NCBI RefSeq assembly: GCF_036321535.1
Contig: NC_087437.1
Location: forward strand, 109,060,001-109,124,000
Reading direction: 5' to 3'
Source of the DNA: Camelus dromedarius
Lineage: Eukaryota
Length of the DNA stretch: 64,000 bases
In this document: piece by piece, positions 20,781 to 32,850 of the stretch
Layout of the letters: each line of letters opens with the position of its first letter
Position numbering within the stretch: the stretch's first letter is position 1
Program-made: the position numbers and the translations under genes
Notes under the pieces: generated by a model
The model's database searches: none
Seen by the model: only the letters and a program-made list of their open reading frames with translations
Told to the model about the DNA's origin: nothing

Positions 20781-22577
20781 AGTGAACTTTCATAGTATTT
20801 AATTTACACTTTCTTCTTAATGTGCTTATCCAAATGTAGCAAAACTAGAAATGTTAGATGCTCAGTAAAACTCTCTGAAATTGCTTCTGATTGAATAGAG
20901 TTGTGCATTCCACTTCCAGTTTTTCACCACTCATATGACTTTGCTAACTTGAGCCTTTTGATAAGTAGGCAAGTATGACTGTGGCGTTTGTATGAGGAAA
21001 TCTTTGATGAGTTCATTATCACGCCTGAAAAAAGAAGTTCCCAGCAGTCAGGTATTGAAGGAAGCACAGATTTTAGCCTTGCTTCGGATTTAATTTTAGT
21101 CTTTAGGTAGTGCTGTAGGGTTTTTAAAGGAATATTGTCTCTTTCAGTCCCTAATTTTTAAAAATTTACCTGAGTCAGTTCTGTCATTCAGCTTCTAAGC
21201 AGGCTCTTGTAATCAGGCTTCCAGCAGCGGCTCAGGCTAGTGGCAGTCCAGATCAGGGTCTTCTGGCCTCGTGTTGTCTCAGTTGGGGGCGATCTTGCCT
21301 TTTGTGTGGAGGCTTATTTTGGCCTTCTGCGTTGCTCCTTTCTGGGGGAGAGGCCCGTATTTACATCTCCCCTTCCCACAGGGTATTCCTTGCCTCCAGG
21401 CCAAATTGAGCAAGGGCTCCCTCTAGGGGCTTCGAGGCTACACTCCTGTGTGAACAGGCGTTTTCAGGCATGAGCCTCACTGAAGGGTAGGCTGCCCCTT
21501 GCAAAGCAATGGTGAGGCCTAAGAAGACTGTCCCCTGGGGATATTTTTCCCTTTACGTGGACTTAAGCAATCCAGAGGCAATGAAAGACAGGCATGGATC
21601 CAAGGCTAGCCCCTCGCCATTCCCTCCCTGGGCCTGCGTGCCAGAGAATTTCAGGCAGTGAGAGTAGGTTGGTGACACTGGCCTGGCACCATCCGTTAAA
21701 AGCCAGAGCCTTACTGGCACTCTAGTGTGTGGGACCCAGCTGCTCTGAAGGAAGCAGCACGTAGTCGTCCCAACTCTGCCTAAAAGCCCTGTGAAGTCGT
21801 TTTCCTTGGAAACTGCAGCGGCGGTGCCGTGAGGCTGCCTGCCCGGGTTCAAGGCCAGCTCCTGGGGGCCTTGGCTTGTAAGGCTGCAGAGCTGTTAGTG
21901 TTTCAGACACCCGCAGGCCTGCTGCCTGCAAGTTAGTTTATGCCACGTGGTACCCAACTTCTAAGGCTCTTGCAGTCCATCATGGTGTGTGTAGGGGGTG
22001 AGCTGTGCGGGCAGTATTTCTGCCGATTGAGTTTAAGTTCCTAGTCAGTCGGTTCTAGCAAGCGGGCATTGACTGGCATCAGGGGAAACTGATGTGAGGA
22101 ATCCCTCCATGCCCCTGAGTGTCCACCACAGCCTTTGGGGACACGAGGTACTGTCTTCTGCGATGACTGCTCTGACGGCTCGCTTTAAGACCAGGTGGCA
22201 CGAATGCTGTGACAGTCCTGCTTGCGTTTCTGTTAACTCGGAGTCATTAGATTCTTGGTGTGGGGCCAGTACAACTTCTGAGTCTCGGAAGGAATGATGT
22301 TACTCCAGTGAAAGGCAACCCACACGTCTGCTGAGGTCCTAGCGCCCGATGCTTCCGTATGTCCGCTCAGCCTATTCAAGGCCCCGAAGAGGGCATTTGG
22401 GACTTCACAGAAAGTCTCATTTTGTGAGAAGAATACCATATGCTACAGTGACCTTCCAGATTCAGAATGCTCACAGGCTGGTCTAAAACCTCTCACCCAG
22501 GCCACCTGCACGTCAGTGCTGTGAAAACCCACTGGGCCGAGCACAAGCCTCCGCACACCACAAGGTGAAATCCGCCA

Positions 22578-22654
22578 CCTCCGCTATGGGCCACGCCTCC
22601 GCTATGGGCCACGCCTCCGCCATGGGCCATGCCTCCGCTATGGGCCGCGCCTCC
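22578..22654 (+). repeat. GC-rich minisatellite, 18-bp unit CCTCCGCTATGGGCCACG x ~4.3
   Basis: Units start at 22578, 22596, 22614 and 22632. Confidence 0.92.
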
Positions 22655-23856
22655 ACAAGGTTCCAGATCACACGTGTGTTTTACTACCCAAATTCTGTTC
22701 TTCTGATTTTGATTTCTCAGTATCTCCAAACACTGCCCTGCCCCACTACAATCTTGGGTTTCTAGAGGAGCATGTCATAGTCCCTTCCTGAGTTGTGAAC
22801 AATTAGAGAAAGGAAAAGGAACGGTCAATGGAAAACCAAAATAAAACCTCAATAAAGAGTAGTTGAAGGAGTAACTTGGAGAGAGAGCCTGGTGTGAACT
22901 CCAGAGTGAGGCAAGTTTACATGATCAGTTTGTTTCCTGTGAAAGGGAGATACCTTCCCCCCACTCCTGGTTTCTGTGAAGAGAGATTTTCCTCGAAGCA
23001 GCACAGCACCACCTGTACTGACTCCTCTCTGATGAGCAAGGGGGTTAGGAGGGGTGAGGCACAATGGTGCTATTTGGAGACAGGTGTGTCCCAAGGGGAA
23101 GAAGGACCATGCAGAGTGGAGGACAGCCAGTTATTTCCCCCAACTTTATCAATCAGCTAGGTCATTCCACCTCTCTAGGGACAGAGTGAGTAAAGAGGTT
23201 AAGGGAAGATCTTCTCCCAGCAGCTGGAGTGTAGGAGGTTAAGGGAAAAATATGGAGAGGAATCATGGGGAGGCAGTGGGCCTAAGGGCTTTTGGAAAGT
23301 TTACAAGAAGGGAAACAGCCAGGGATTTAAAAGAGGGGCAGGCCACGCTGAGAGTCATGAACTCGTCCCCCAGACTCCAGCCTCCCTTTTGCCCCTAGTG
23401 GGAACATAGGTTCAGGTTTGAAAACAAAGTATTACCTTGGGCTTAAGTCCAAACACTTTTTTTTCTTCTCCCTCACTTCTGTTATCTACACTGTTCAGAA
23501 GTTTAAACAAGATAATGGGAAAGATTTTAAAAATCGATTACAGCATATTCCTTTTCCATTTAAAAATAACTGTCTTTTCAGCAGACAGTTTTCCTTCTCC
23601 CCATCTTAGCTGACATTTTGTCACTGTTCAGAAAGCCAGCTGTTTCCTAAACAGTAAATTTCCTTCTTGCAGGAGACTGGACCTAAATAATTTCCTAGAT
23701 ACCATCTTGATAGGTAGGTTTCTGGTGTGATATTAATCTCTGGCAAGGAAATCCTGTGAATAATACCCAGATTACTATTAAATATGGAAATATCCACTAT
23801 AATTTAATCTTTCTAAAGTTATACCTCTTTGATCCACCTCAGAAACTTTGAATCTT

Positions 23857-23928
23857 TTTGCTTTGGATTGTTGATTTCAAATAATTTTCCTTTGCTTTGG
23901 ATTGTTCATTTCAAATAATTTTCCTTTG
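23857..23928 (+). repeat. 34-bp tandem duplication
   Basis: tttgctttggattgtt(g/c)atttcaaataattttcc twice. Confidence 0.9.
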
Positions 23929-25014
23929 TGAAATGAGTAAATTTCTGTTTTACTTGCTTTGATTTAAATGATAACCTTCAGTGAACAGGATCACTACTAG
24001 TTCCTTTCAAATGAATTTTTCTTAAAAAAAATTTTTTTTAAACATCATATTTTGGTCTTGTCTGAGACTTTTATCCAATTTTTTTTTAGAAGACCTCAAT
24101 TCCCGTGCTTGGCTTCTGATATCTGAAGTGTCTGTTGTTGGAAATGGTGGAAAAAAATTAATCTGCCAAGAAGTCTTCCATACCATTCCTAGAATCTTGG
24201 GTATCTGCTCAAACAGCTCTGTTTCGGCTAAACAGATAAATAAGCGGCATCTGGGAGGGGAGCTGGTTGTGGAATCAAGGATGGGGTTTGAAACTTACCA
24301 GGATGAGGAAGGGAGCACATATACATTAAGGAGATCAAGCTGCTAAGATAAGACAGGAGAATTTGGCTAGTCCAAGCACTTCATAGACTAGCCTTATGTT
24401 CAATAGGGTCTAGGAGAGCAGACAGCAGCAAACGTACTTTAAATGGGGTAAAGACAAAGTATGCACTTAAGGGCTAAAGGAACTGCACAAATTTAGCAAC
24501 GACTCAGGCACAAATCCAGGCCTTTTCAGAAGAAGACCTTAGGGACGAACAGAAAGCATATGGACCTGGAGTTAAGATACCTAGTCTTGAAGCCTGCTTT
24601 TGATAATGACTGACGAGCCATAGGAAATTATACTTAATTTCTCCCATAGTTTTTTTTATCTGTACGCCTTCCATATTGGGTCTTCTGGCCCTTGAGATCA
24701 AAGTCAGATTGACTCAAACTTTCATTCACATCCTATGAAAGTTCTTATCAACTATTCAACACATACTTATCGAATGCGCTCCTTAAACTGGTGGGTTTCT
24801 GGAGTGTGAGTGTGGGTGTTTGTGGTGGGACTGCTTGGTCACCCTGTCTTAGGTACCTGCTTCCATCAAAATAGTTCAGCTTATCATTGTCTTGTGCTGT
24901 TTTACACCTTGTGGATGGATCCACTCAACTCCATAACTTCCTTTAGTTCCACTCAAATGAATAAGTAGGTAAGCAAAGTAAGTAAGTAAATAAACAAACA
25001 AATAAAATACCCCT

Positions 25015-25200
25015 GGGGTGGGGGATTAAGTGGTACAAACTATTATGTATAAAATGAGCTACAAGGATATATTGTGCAGCACGAAGAATAGAGCCAATGT
25101 TTTATAACTATAAATGGAGTATAACCTTTAAAATCTGTGAATCACTATATTGTACACCTGTAACATGTAATATCATTCATCAACTATCCTTCAGTAAAAA
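25015..25200 (+). mobile_element. Short L1 3'-end insertion
   Basis: gctacaaggatatattgtgcagcac...aatcactatattgtacacctgtaac...A tail; degenerate TSD aaaatacccctgg / aagatacctctgg. Confidence 0.7.
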
Positions 25201-25599
25201 AGATACCTCTGGCTCTAGGCTTTTATGAGTAGAATAGGCTTTGAAAATTTGGGAAATGATGTATTTATTTCCCAGCAATACAGGTAGCTTCAAGGTGAAT
25301 CCTGTTAGAGCTCTGTCTGGAGGACTTGCCCTCCACTGGGGAATTTTTCACAGGCTGCCCCACCTCGTGTTGGGTCTCAGCCTCATGCCAGCTCGCTGGC
25401 AGCTCTCTCTTCCCTTCTCCCCCCGATTTCCTGGGAGTCCCCATTCCAGAGCGCACTCGGGAATCTGTGGAGCCGTTCAGCTCTCCCCACTCTCAGACCC
25501 TGAGGGTGGCTTTGGACCATCGGCACTGATAAAACCACACAAGAGCTCAGCAGAACAGAGGGCATTTTGTGAAGCAGGATCTGTCCCATCTAGAAGGCA

Positions 25600-26480
25600 G
25601 CTCATTCATTCATTCATTCATTCAACAGAAATCTAGTAAGCCCCAGAAGGAACCGCTGAACACTGTTCTGGGCTCCATGGATCCTACAGAGAAAGAGAAA
25701 GAGACAAAAATCTCTGTCTTCCTAAATTTATGTTCTAGTCAGGATAAATGGACCATAAGCTGATTATAAAGCATAGAGTCTATTAGATGATGAAAAGAAA
25801 CATGAAAAACTAAGCACAGGAGGGTGAGTGGGGTGGCAGTTTTGCACAGGGTGGCAATGGAGAGTCACCTGAGAAGTGACATTTGAATAAAGAACTGAAG
25901 GTTAAGTGAGTAAATTGGTTACACATTGAAAGTTATTTTGGCTTAAATTATGCAGTGAAAATGGAGAAGATACCAAACTTGTAAGGCTGTAGTAAGGATC
26001 AGAGGAACCAAGGTATGGAAAAATTGCCATCAGAAGGTCAGTTAGCACATACCTAACATGTGATAAGTTACAGTGTTCTTTTTTTTTTTAAACAAACAGC
26101 TTTTCTTTGAATTATAGTTGATTTACAATGTTGTGTTAATTTCAAGTGTACAGCAAAGTGATTCAGTCATACATATACATGTAGTTTTTTTCAGATTCTT
26201 TTCCATTATGGGTTATTACAAGATATTATCATGCCATACAATAGGTTTGTCTTCTTATTCCATAGAATAGTACCATCCAATACAGTACCTACTAGCCCCC
26301 AAAGGCTATTTTTAAGTTACATTAATTAAAATTAAGTAATAGTAAAAAATTCAGTTTCTCAGTCTCACTAGCCACATTTCAAATTCTCAATAGCCACATG
26401 TGTATGAAGACTGCCATTTTGCACAAAGCAGACATGGAACATTTCTCTCATTGTAGAAAATTCTGTGGCATAGTGTGAAA
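25600..26480. mobile_element. L2 3' end, MIR remnant, short L1 3' end and MER3/MER33-like element
   Basis: (TTCA)n plus L2 tail; tagttgatttacaatgttgtg; ctagccacatttcaaattctcaatagccacatgtg. Confidence 0.55.
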
Positions 26481-27692
26481 CAGACTAACATGGATAAATC
26501 AAGGAAATATAGTTTTATATATAGCGGGAGTGTACTGGGACTTTGCTGCCTTAGAATTTCAGCTCAAGCGTCCTAGCTGAGGACAGTGGGAGACAAGTGC
26601 TCCCACATATTAGAGAGAGAGGTCAGCATAGACACATCTGTGCAGGGCTTACTAATGGCCAAATTCGTCCTTTGGCCAGACAGCTCCTGGTCTCCAGTCT
26701 AGATAAGAGAAGCCTCAGGATTCAATGAGAGACTGGGTTCTTTCAAGTGAATTCATGAGACAGTGTAGTGGAGAGTGGAGGGGGAGCTTCTGATCCTACA
26801 CATCAAGTCAAGGGGGCAGCCAGGAGACCCTTGCATGGAGATGGGGCTGTCTGGTAGAAGGGGAGGCTGACATCTCACTCCTGGCTGGAGGCGCCTGAGC
26901 CGCAGACACTTGTCTGTTCCGCTTGGCTGATCTCAGAGGAAGGTAGGAAAGGGTTCATGAGTGAGCCTGATGTGTGTTCTTATGAATTTGGGAGGGGGTC
27001 TGTGTGAAGGGAGGGGTACCTGCTCCTCCGTGGGGAGGTCCAAGGATGGGGAGGCTGGCTGAACTGTCCATGACAATGGCCGAGGAGAGACAGCAGAACC
27101 GCCCGTCCTGCTGCCTGTGGCCACCACAGAGGGGCTTGCATCTCTGCTGAGTGTCTACCATAGTGGGTAGGTAGGCTAAAGCCGTCTAAGGGCCTGCCTG
27201 TATAACAAGGGACAAAGTCTATGTATGTCCAGCGAAGACAACGGTGCAGGTGGAGCAGGAGTTGTCAGATGTCAGCTGGAAGTTGCCTCACCCACGTCTG
27301 ACGTCCCTGTGGAAGGTCTCTGAGGGTCCTGCAGGTACGCCTTTCGAGGGACAGCTGATGTCTTGTTGCCTGCCTCGACAAGAGGGATCAATGGCCAAGA
27401 GAGAACTAAAAACGGGGGCCAATGAGGAGGGAGCAGAGCCAGGGAGTGAAAGCAGAGGCCACATGCCCATGCCCTGTGGCTGGTCCCAGAGTCCTGAGAC
27501 CAAGCAGGTGAAGTTAACGTAACTCACAAAACAGGAAGGACAGGCCTGTGGGCCGGAGGCCCGCACCCGGTCCAAAAGGGGCAGGTGCTGCCGACTCTTG
27601 TCATTTGTTGCAATGCAGGTCTGGGGTTACCAGACCTCGGAGTTTTCAAAAGAAGCCAGACTGCTGGATTTTTTGTACAAAACTATGTAATT

Positions 27693-28206
27693 AAAAAAAT
27701 ATATATATTTTTTATTGAAGTGTAGTTGATTTTCAATGTTAGTTTCAAGTGTACAGCAAAGTGGTTCAGTTATACATATACATACATATTTTTTCTTTTC
27801 AGATTCTTTTCCATTATATGTTATTACAAGAAATTGAATATAGTTCCCTGTGCTATATGGCAGGTCCTTGTGGTTTGTCTGTTTTATATATAGTAGTGTG
27901 TGTCTGTTAATCCCCAACCCCCAATTTATCCCTCCCTAGTTTTCCCTTTTGGTAACCATAGTTTGTTTTCTATGTCTATGAGTCTGTTTTTGGTTTGTAA
28001 ATAGAATTTGTATTCTTTTTTTTTTTTTAGATTCCACATACAAGTGATATCATATTATATTTGTCTTTCTCTATCTGACTTACTTCACTCAACATGGTAA
28101 TCTCTAGGTCCATCCATGTTGCTGCATATGGCATTATTTCATTCATTTTTATGGCTAAGTAATATTCTTATATATATATATAGTGTCACATCTTCTTTAT
28201 CCAGTC
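27693..28206 (-). mobile_element. L1 3'-end insertion
   Basis: tttattgaagtgtagttg...tagattccacatacaagtgatatc...catccatgttgctgca; TSD-like actatgt(a/g)att on both sides. Confidence 0.82.
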
Positions 28207-28689
28207 ACTATGTGATTTTCAAAATATATTATATATTTCAAACAGATTCTGTCCTGGGTTTTTGAACACCTGAAAATAAAACTATTCTTTTTGTCAAAAA
28301 CAATGGTCACGTTTTGAAATTTGCCCAATTTACCACCAGGTGGGTAAGGGAGAGACACTGACAGAATATCAGAAGGGGTGGAAGACAAACCAAACCATTA
28401 CTGGACTGTCTCTTCTGAATTTGACCCATTTAATACACTAGGTAGGTATATAACTAAAAAGTTTAGTTTTTATTTCACACTCCAGTCGCACTGAGGCATT
28501 TGCTAGTAAAATGTGCACATTTTCTTCTCTATTCCCCAGTTACAGTCTTGTGGTCTGACTTTTCTCTCCATCTCTCTCATGAAACTGGTTTCTCAGATTC
28601 ACTCTACAGTGATCTGTTCTTCCACGCTCTGCTAGGTCTCCACCATCGGGCAGGGACTCCGGGGGTAGCCTAGGGGTGGCCCCAGGTTC

Positions 28690-29220
28690 TTTGACACTCC
28701 TTCTTTGGAAAGTGGGGTCCATTCTTTGCCCCTCTCCCTGGATCTCAGCAGGCTTGTGACAGCATCCCAGTGGAATATAACTTTATGGAGCTCATTCCAT
28801 GGGACTGCTGAGCCTGGCTCTCAAAAGGCCAAGAGGCAGCTGCCACATTTTTTTTTCTTCCGACTAGAACACTTGTTTTGGAACCCTGAGTCACCATGAA
28901 CAAGCCCGACTACTCTGAGGCCCTCAGGCTGTGAGAAAGGCCATGAGTAGGCCCTCCCACTGACCATACCAGCTGAGCCCAGCCCTCAAGTCATCCCAGG
29001 CTCCGAGCCAGATATGTGAGTAAAGAAGCCTCCAGATGATCCTAGCCCCCAGTTATTCAAGCCACGCCCAGCTGCTTGAGTCTCCCCAGCTGAGGTCTCA
29101 GATGACATGGACAGAGACAAACCAGCTTGTCTCTGACTCACAGATTCCATGAACATAAAGAAGAATTACAGTTATGCCACGAAGTTTTGGGGGTGGTTAC
29201 ATAGCAATAGATGACTGGAA
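28690..29220 (+). mobile_element. MLT1-family (MaLR) solo LTR
   Basis: ccagctgagcccagcc...gtgagtaaagaagcctccagatga...gccacgaagttttgggggtggttacatagcaatagatgactggaa. Confidence 0.75.
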
Positions 29221-29224
29221 GGCT

Positions 29225-31480
29225 AGGACATCTGGACCCTAGACCTCAGCTGCCCTCTTGATCTCTCCATCTGGAGGTCTAACAATCATCTCAAACTTAA
29301 TATAACTGAGACAGACTTTTGAATACTCTTTTCTGACCGGAATTCTGCTCCCCTTCCAGTAATTTCCATCTCAGTGAATTATCCCATTGCTCGAGGCACA
29401 GTCCTTAGACCCATCCCTCATTTCTCCCTTTCCTTCATCTCTCCCATCCAGTCCACCAGCAATGCCTGTTGGTTCTACCCCAAAATACAGCTTTCATCTG
29501 ATTGAGTGGTCTTCTCACCTGGAGTCAACAATCTCGTCTGAGCCATTCCCATCTCTGCACTGAGCCACTGAGATGCCGTCTAACTGGTCTGCTGGTTTCC
29601 CTCTTGTCCCTTTACATTCCATGCTACACAAAGGAGAGTGGCTTTTATGACACGTGAGCAGGTCATGTTTCTCCTCTGCTCAAAACACTTGAGTGGTTTC
29701 CTTTTTAAAAAAAAATAAATAAACTCTTTGCCACAGTCTTCCACCCTTTCTAGCATGCTGATTGCATTTCACGTTGCTCCCCTCTCCTGTTATTATCTTT
29801 CAGTGAGAGGGCCTCTTAGTTTCTTCACCTTGCCAAATTTTTCCTCCATCTCCTATGCAGCATTTGAAAGGAACTTGCCAAGAACTGGTTTAGGAATCCT
29901 TAGCTGGCCACCCACTTCCTACAAAGGTAATTGAGAAGTTGAAGAGGAGTTTTTTTGAGAAGATAGAGAATTTCTTTAAAAAAGGTTATCATTGTGTTGG
30001 GAACCTAACCATCTCAAGCTTAGTGAGAGAGGCTATGAGGGACCCACTAGGTAAGCCTTGATGTCAGTCACCTGGAGATTGGGGGATGCAAAGGACTGGT
30101 ACCTGACTCATGAAAATAAAAAGCAAAAACAACCCTGGGGTGAAAGATGGTTGGAACACCTGGGGCAGCAGAATAGAGAGCTGCATTTGGGAAGAAGTGG
30201 GATTTGCTCTGATGTGGGTCAGAGCTGCAGGATTCCAGCCACTAGATGGGGAATCCAAGGGAGGGCTGTTTGTCTGGGTTCATTTCCAAAGGGATCCTAT
30301 ACAAGAGGGCTGCTGCCATGCAGTGAGGCAACTTCAGGTACAGAAGCTGAGGAGGGATTGCAAGTAGCCAACCAGTGGAGGTCTGAAAGATGAGCAAGAC
30401 GCTGGGTAGAAAGGGTTGGGGAGGAGTGTTCTGAGCCTAGGTGATTGCATGTGAAAAAGCTGTGGGATAAGCATGGGTCTGATTTATGTGTAGCGCTGAA
30501 ATGTGTTTAGCATTATTGAATGCTGTGTGTGTGTGTCTGTGTGTGTGGTCAGGGTGATGATGACTCCAGGTTGGAGATATGGCATGTGATAAGCCAGTCA
30601 TGTGAGAAGAGTCCGGCCCTTCTTAGGTATATTATAGAGTTTGGAATTTATCTTAAAGACAGTGGGAAACTTTGGAAAGATGTGATATGAACAGTCTTGT
30701 GTTTTAGGATGTTAGCTTTGGCTGTAGTGAGGAGAGTAGATTGTGGAGTGAAAGAATGGAATTGGAGAGATTAGTAAGAGACCATGGCCGCAGTCAGACA
30801 AGGGATCGGGGTGGGCTGGACGAAGGAAGTGCTAAGTGGGAAAGCAAAACTGTGGCCAGATTCTTGAGACAGGTAGGAAAGAGGGGATGGATTTGAATTG
30901 GGGAAGATTGGTAAAAAAGACAGAGGAATCATGGACCCTTCCCAGATTTGTTTCTTGAATAACAGACTAGTTGGTGGTGTGAGTCAGTGAGGTGGTGAAC
31001 ACAAGATCAAGGCAGATTTGAGGAACAGATGCTGAATTCAGTAATGAATGGACAGCCCATGAGGCACCATGTGTGCTTCTCTGTGGAGACGTCTAACTGG
31101 TGGTTGATATATCAGACTTGTGCTCAGGAGGAAGATTTGCACCGAAGCTTTACATTTGTGCCATTAACATATAATCCACTTTCGAAGCCTTGAGTGGAGT
31201 GTGTACACTGAGCAGAGAAGATGGTCCAGAACAGACCCCAAAGGAATAATGATGTTTAGGAAAAAAGAATCTACAAGGGAGAAAAGATGGAGCACCAGAG
31301 GAGAAGGAAAACCAGAAAGCAAGAATAACATGGAAGAGCAGTGTTAGGAAGGAGACAAACTCCTTCCATAAGATAAAGATCGAACATCTCCACTGGTGAT
31401 GAGGTGCTCAGGGTGAGCTTGGTCAGGACCAAGTCTAGCGGGACAGGTGACTTGGTAAGTAACAGGTGGAAAAACAGCGT
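29225..31480. mobile_element. L2 fragments in both orientations
   Basis: catctcaaacttaatataactgagacagac; tttggctgtagtgaggagagtagattgtgg. Confidence 0.6.
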
Positions 31481-31844
31481 GGGTAGAGAATGCTTGTTCT
31501 GCCGTGGCCAACAAACATGTGAAAAGATCTTCAAACTCAACGAACGACAAGGGAAGCTGAAATACAACCATAGTTTTACAGGCAAAGATTTTAAAGATTG
31601 TCAATCAAAACTTAATGTCAACAAGTAAGTGAAGAAATGACACTATCAGTTGAGAAGTAAATTGGTACAAACTTCCTAGTGGTGTTTTGACGACATCTAC
31701 AGATTTATTCACAAAACTACTCAAGATCTTATGGTCTAGTCAGAGACAATATGGCTAGAACTGTACCTGATGGTGGTGTTGCGCTGGATGCCAAAGAGCT
31801 TAGCACAGGGGGCTCCTTGCATATCACAATGGGTTTGCTTTTTC

Positions 31845-32850
31845 TAACTTTTTTTTATTGTGGTAAAATATACATAACATTTAGCATTTTAACCATTTTC
31901 AGGTGTACAATTCAGTGGCATTAAGTACATTTACAATGGTGTGTAACCATTACCACTATCCATTTCCAGATTTTTTTCATCATCCAAACTGAAACTCTCC
32001 ACTCACTAAACAGTATTTGATCCCCATTCTCCTCTCCTCCTTGGTCCTGGTAACCACCATTTGACTCTCTGTCTCTATGAATCTGACTACTCTAGATACC
32101 ACGTAAATGGGATCATATAATCGTCCTTTTGTATCTGGCTTATTTCACTTAGCATACTGCTCCCAAATTTTATCCATGTAGTAGCATGTCTCAGAACTTC
32201 ATTCCTTTTTAAGACAATAATATTCCATTGTATATATATACACAATACATTTGTTTATCTATTCAATAGGGTTTTTCCTTTTTTCTTTCTTTCTTTTTTT
32301 CTTCCAATTTTATTGAGATATAATTGACATACAGCACAGTATGAGAATAGGGTGCACAGCATAATGACTTGACCCACATACACCATGGAATGATTACCAT
32401 AGTAAGTCCAGTGAGCATCCATCATGTCGTAAAGAGACAAAATTAAAGAAATAGAAAAAAAATTTCCCTTGTGACGAGAACTCTTAGGGTTTACTCTCTT
32501 AACTTCATATATAACGTACAGCCATGTTAATTATATTTATCATATTGTACATTAGATCCCGAGTACTTATTTATCTTATAACTAAAAGTTGGTACCTTTT
32601 GACCACCTTCATCCAATCCCGCTTCCTCTTAATCCCTGCCTTGGGTGACCACGGGTCTATGAGTTTGTTTGCTTTTGCAGTACACAGAACGATCACTATC
32701 GTAAGGCTAGTTACCACCTGTCAACATACAAAGATACCACATTATTATTATTACATTCCCCACACCATACATTTCATAGTTGTGGCTCATTTACTTTGTA
32801 ACTGGAAGTTTGTACCTCTTAATTTCCCTCATCTGTTTCTCACTTATTTC
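31845..32850 (-). mobile_element. L1MA/MB-like 3' end next to a younger L1 3' end
   Basis: ttttattgtggtaaaatatacataac...; ttttattgagatataattgacatacagc; TSD-like ttcaat(a/g)gggtttt at ~32262 and ~32848. Confidence 0.75.

Noticed and set aside
22578..22654. CRISPR-like array
   Set aside because: Head-to-tail tandem units with no unique spacers, in a mammalian genome.
22493..22765. ORFs with SAMGHA / GGVAHS peptide repeats
   Set aside because: Translations of the 18-bp minisatellite; no splice or homology support.
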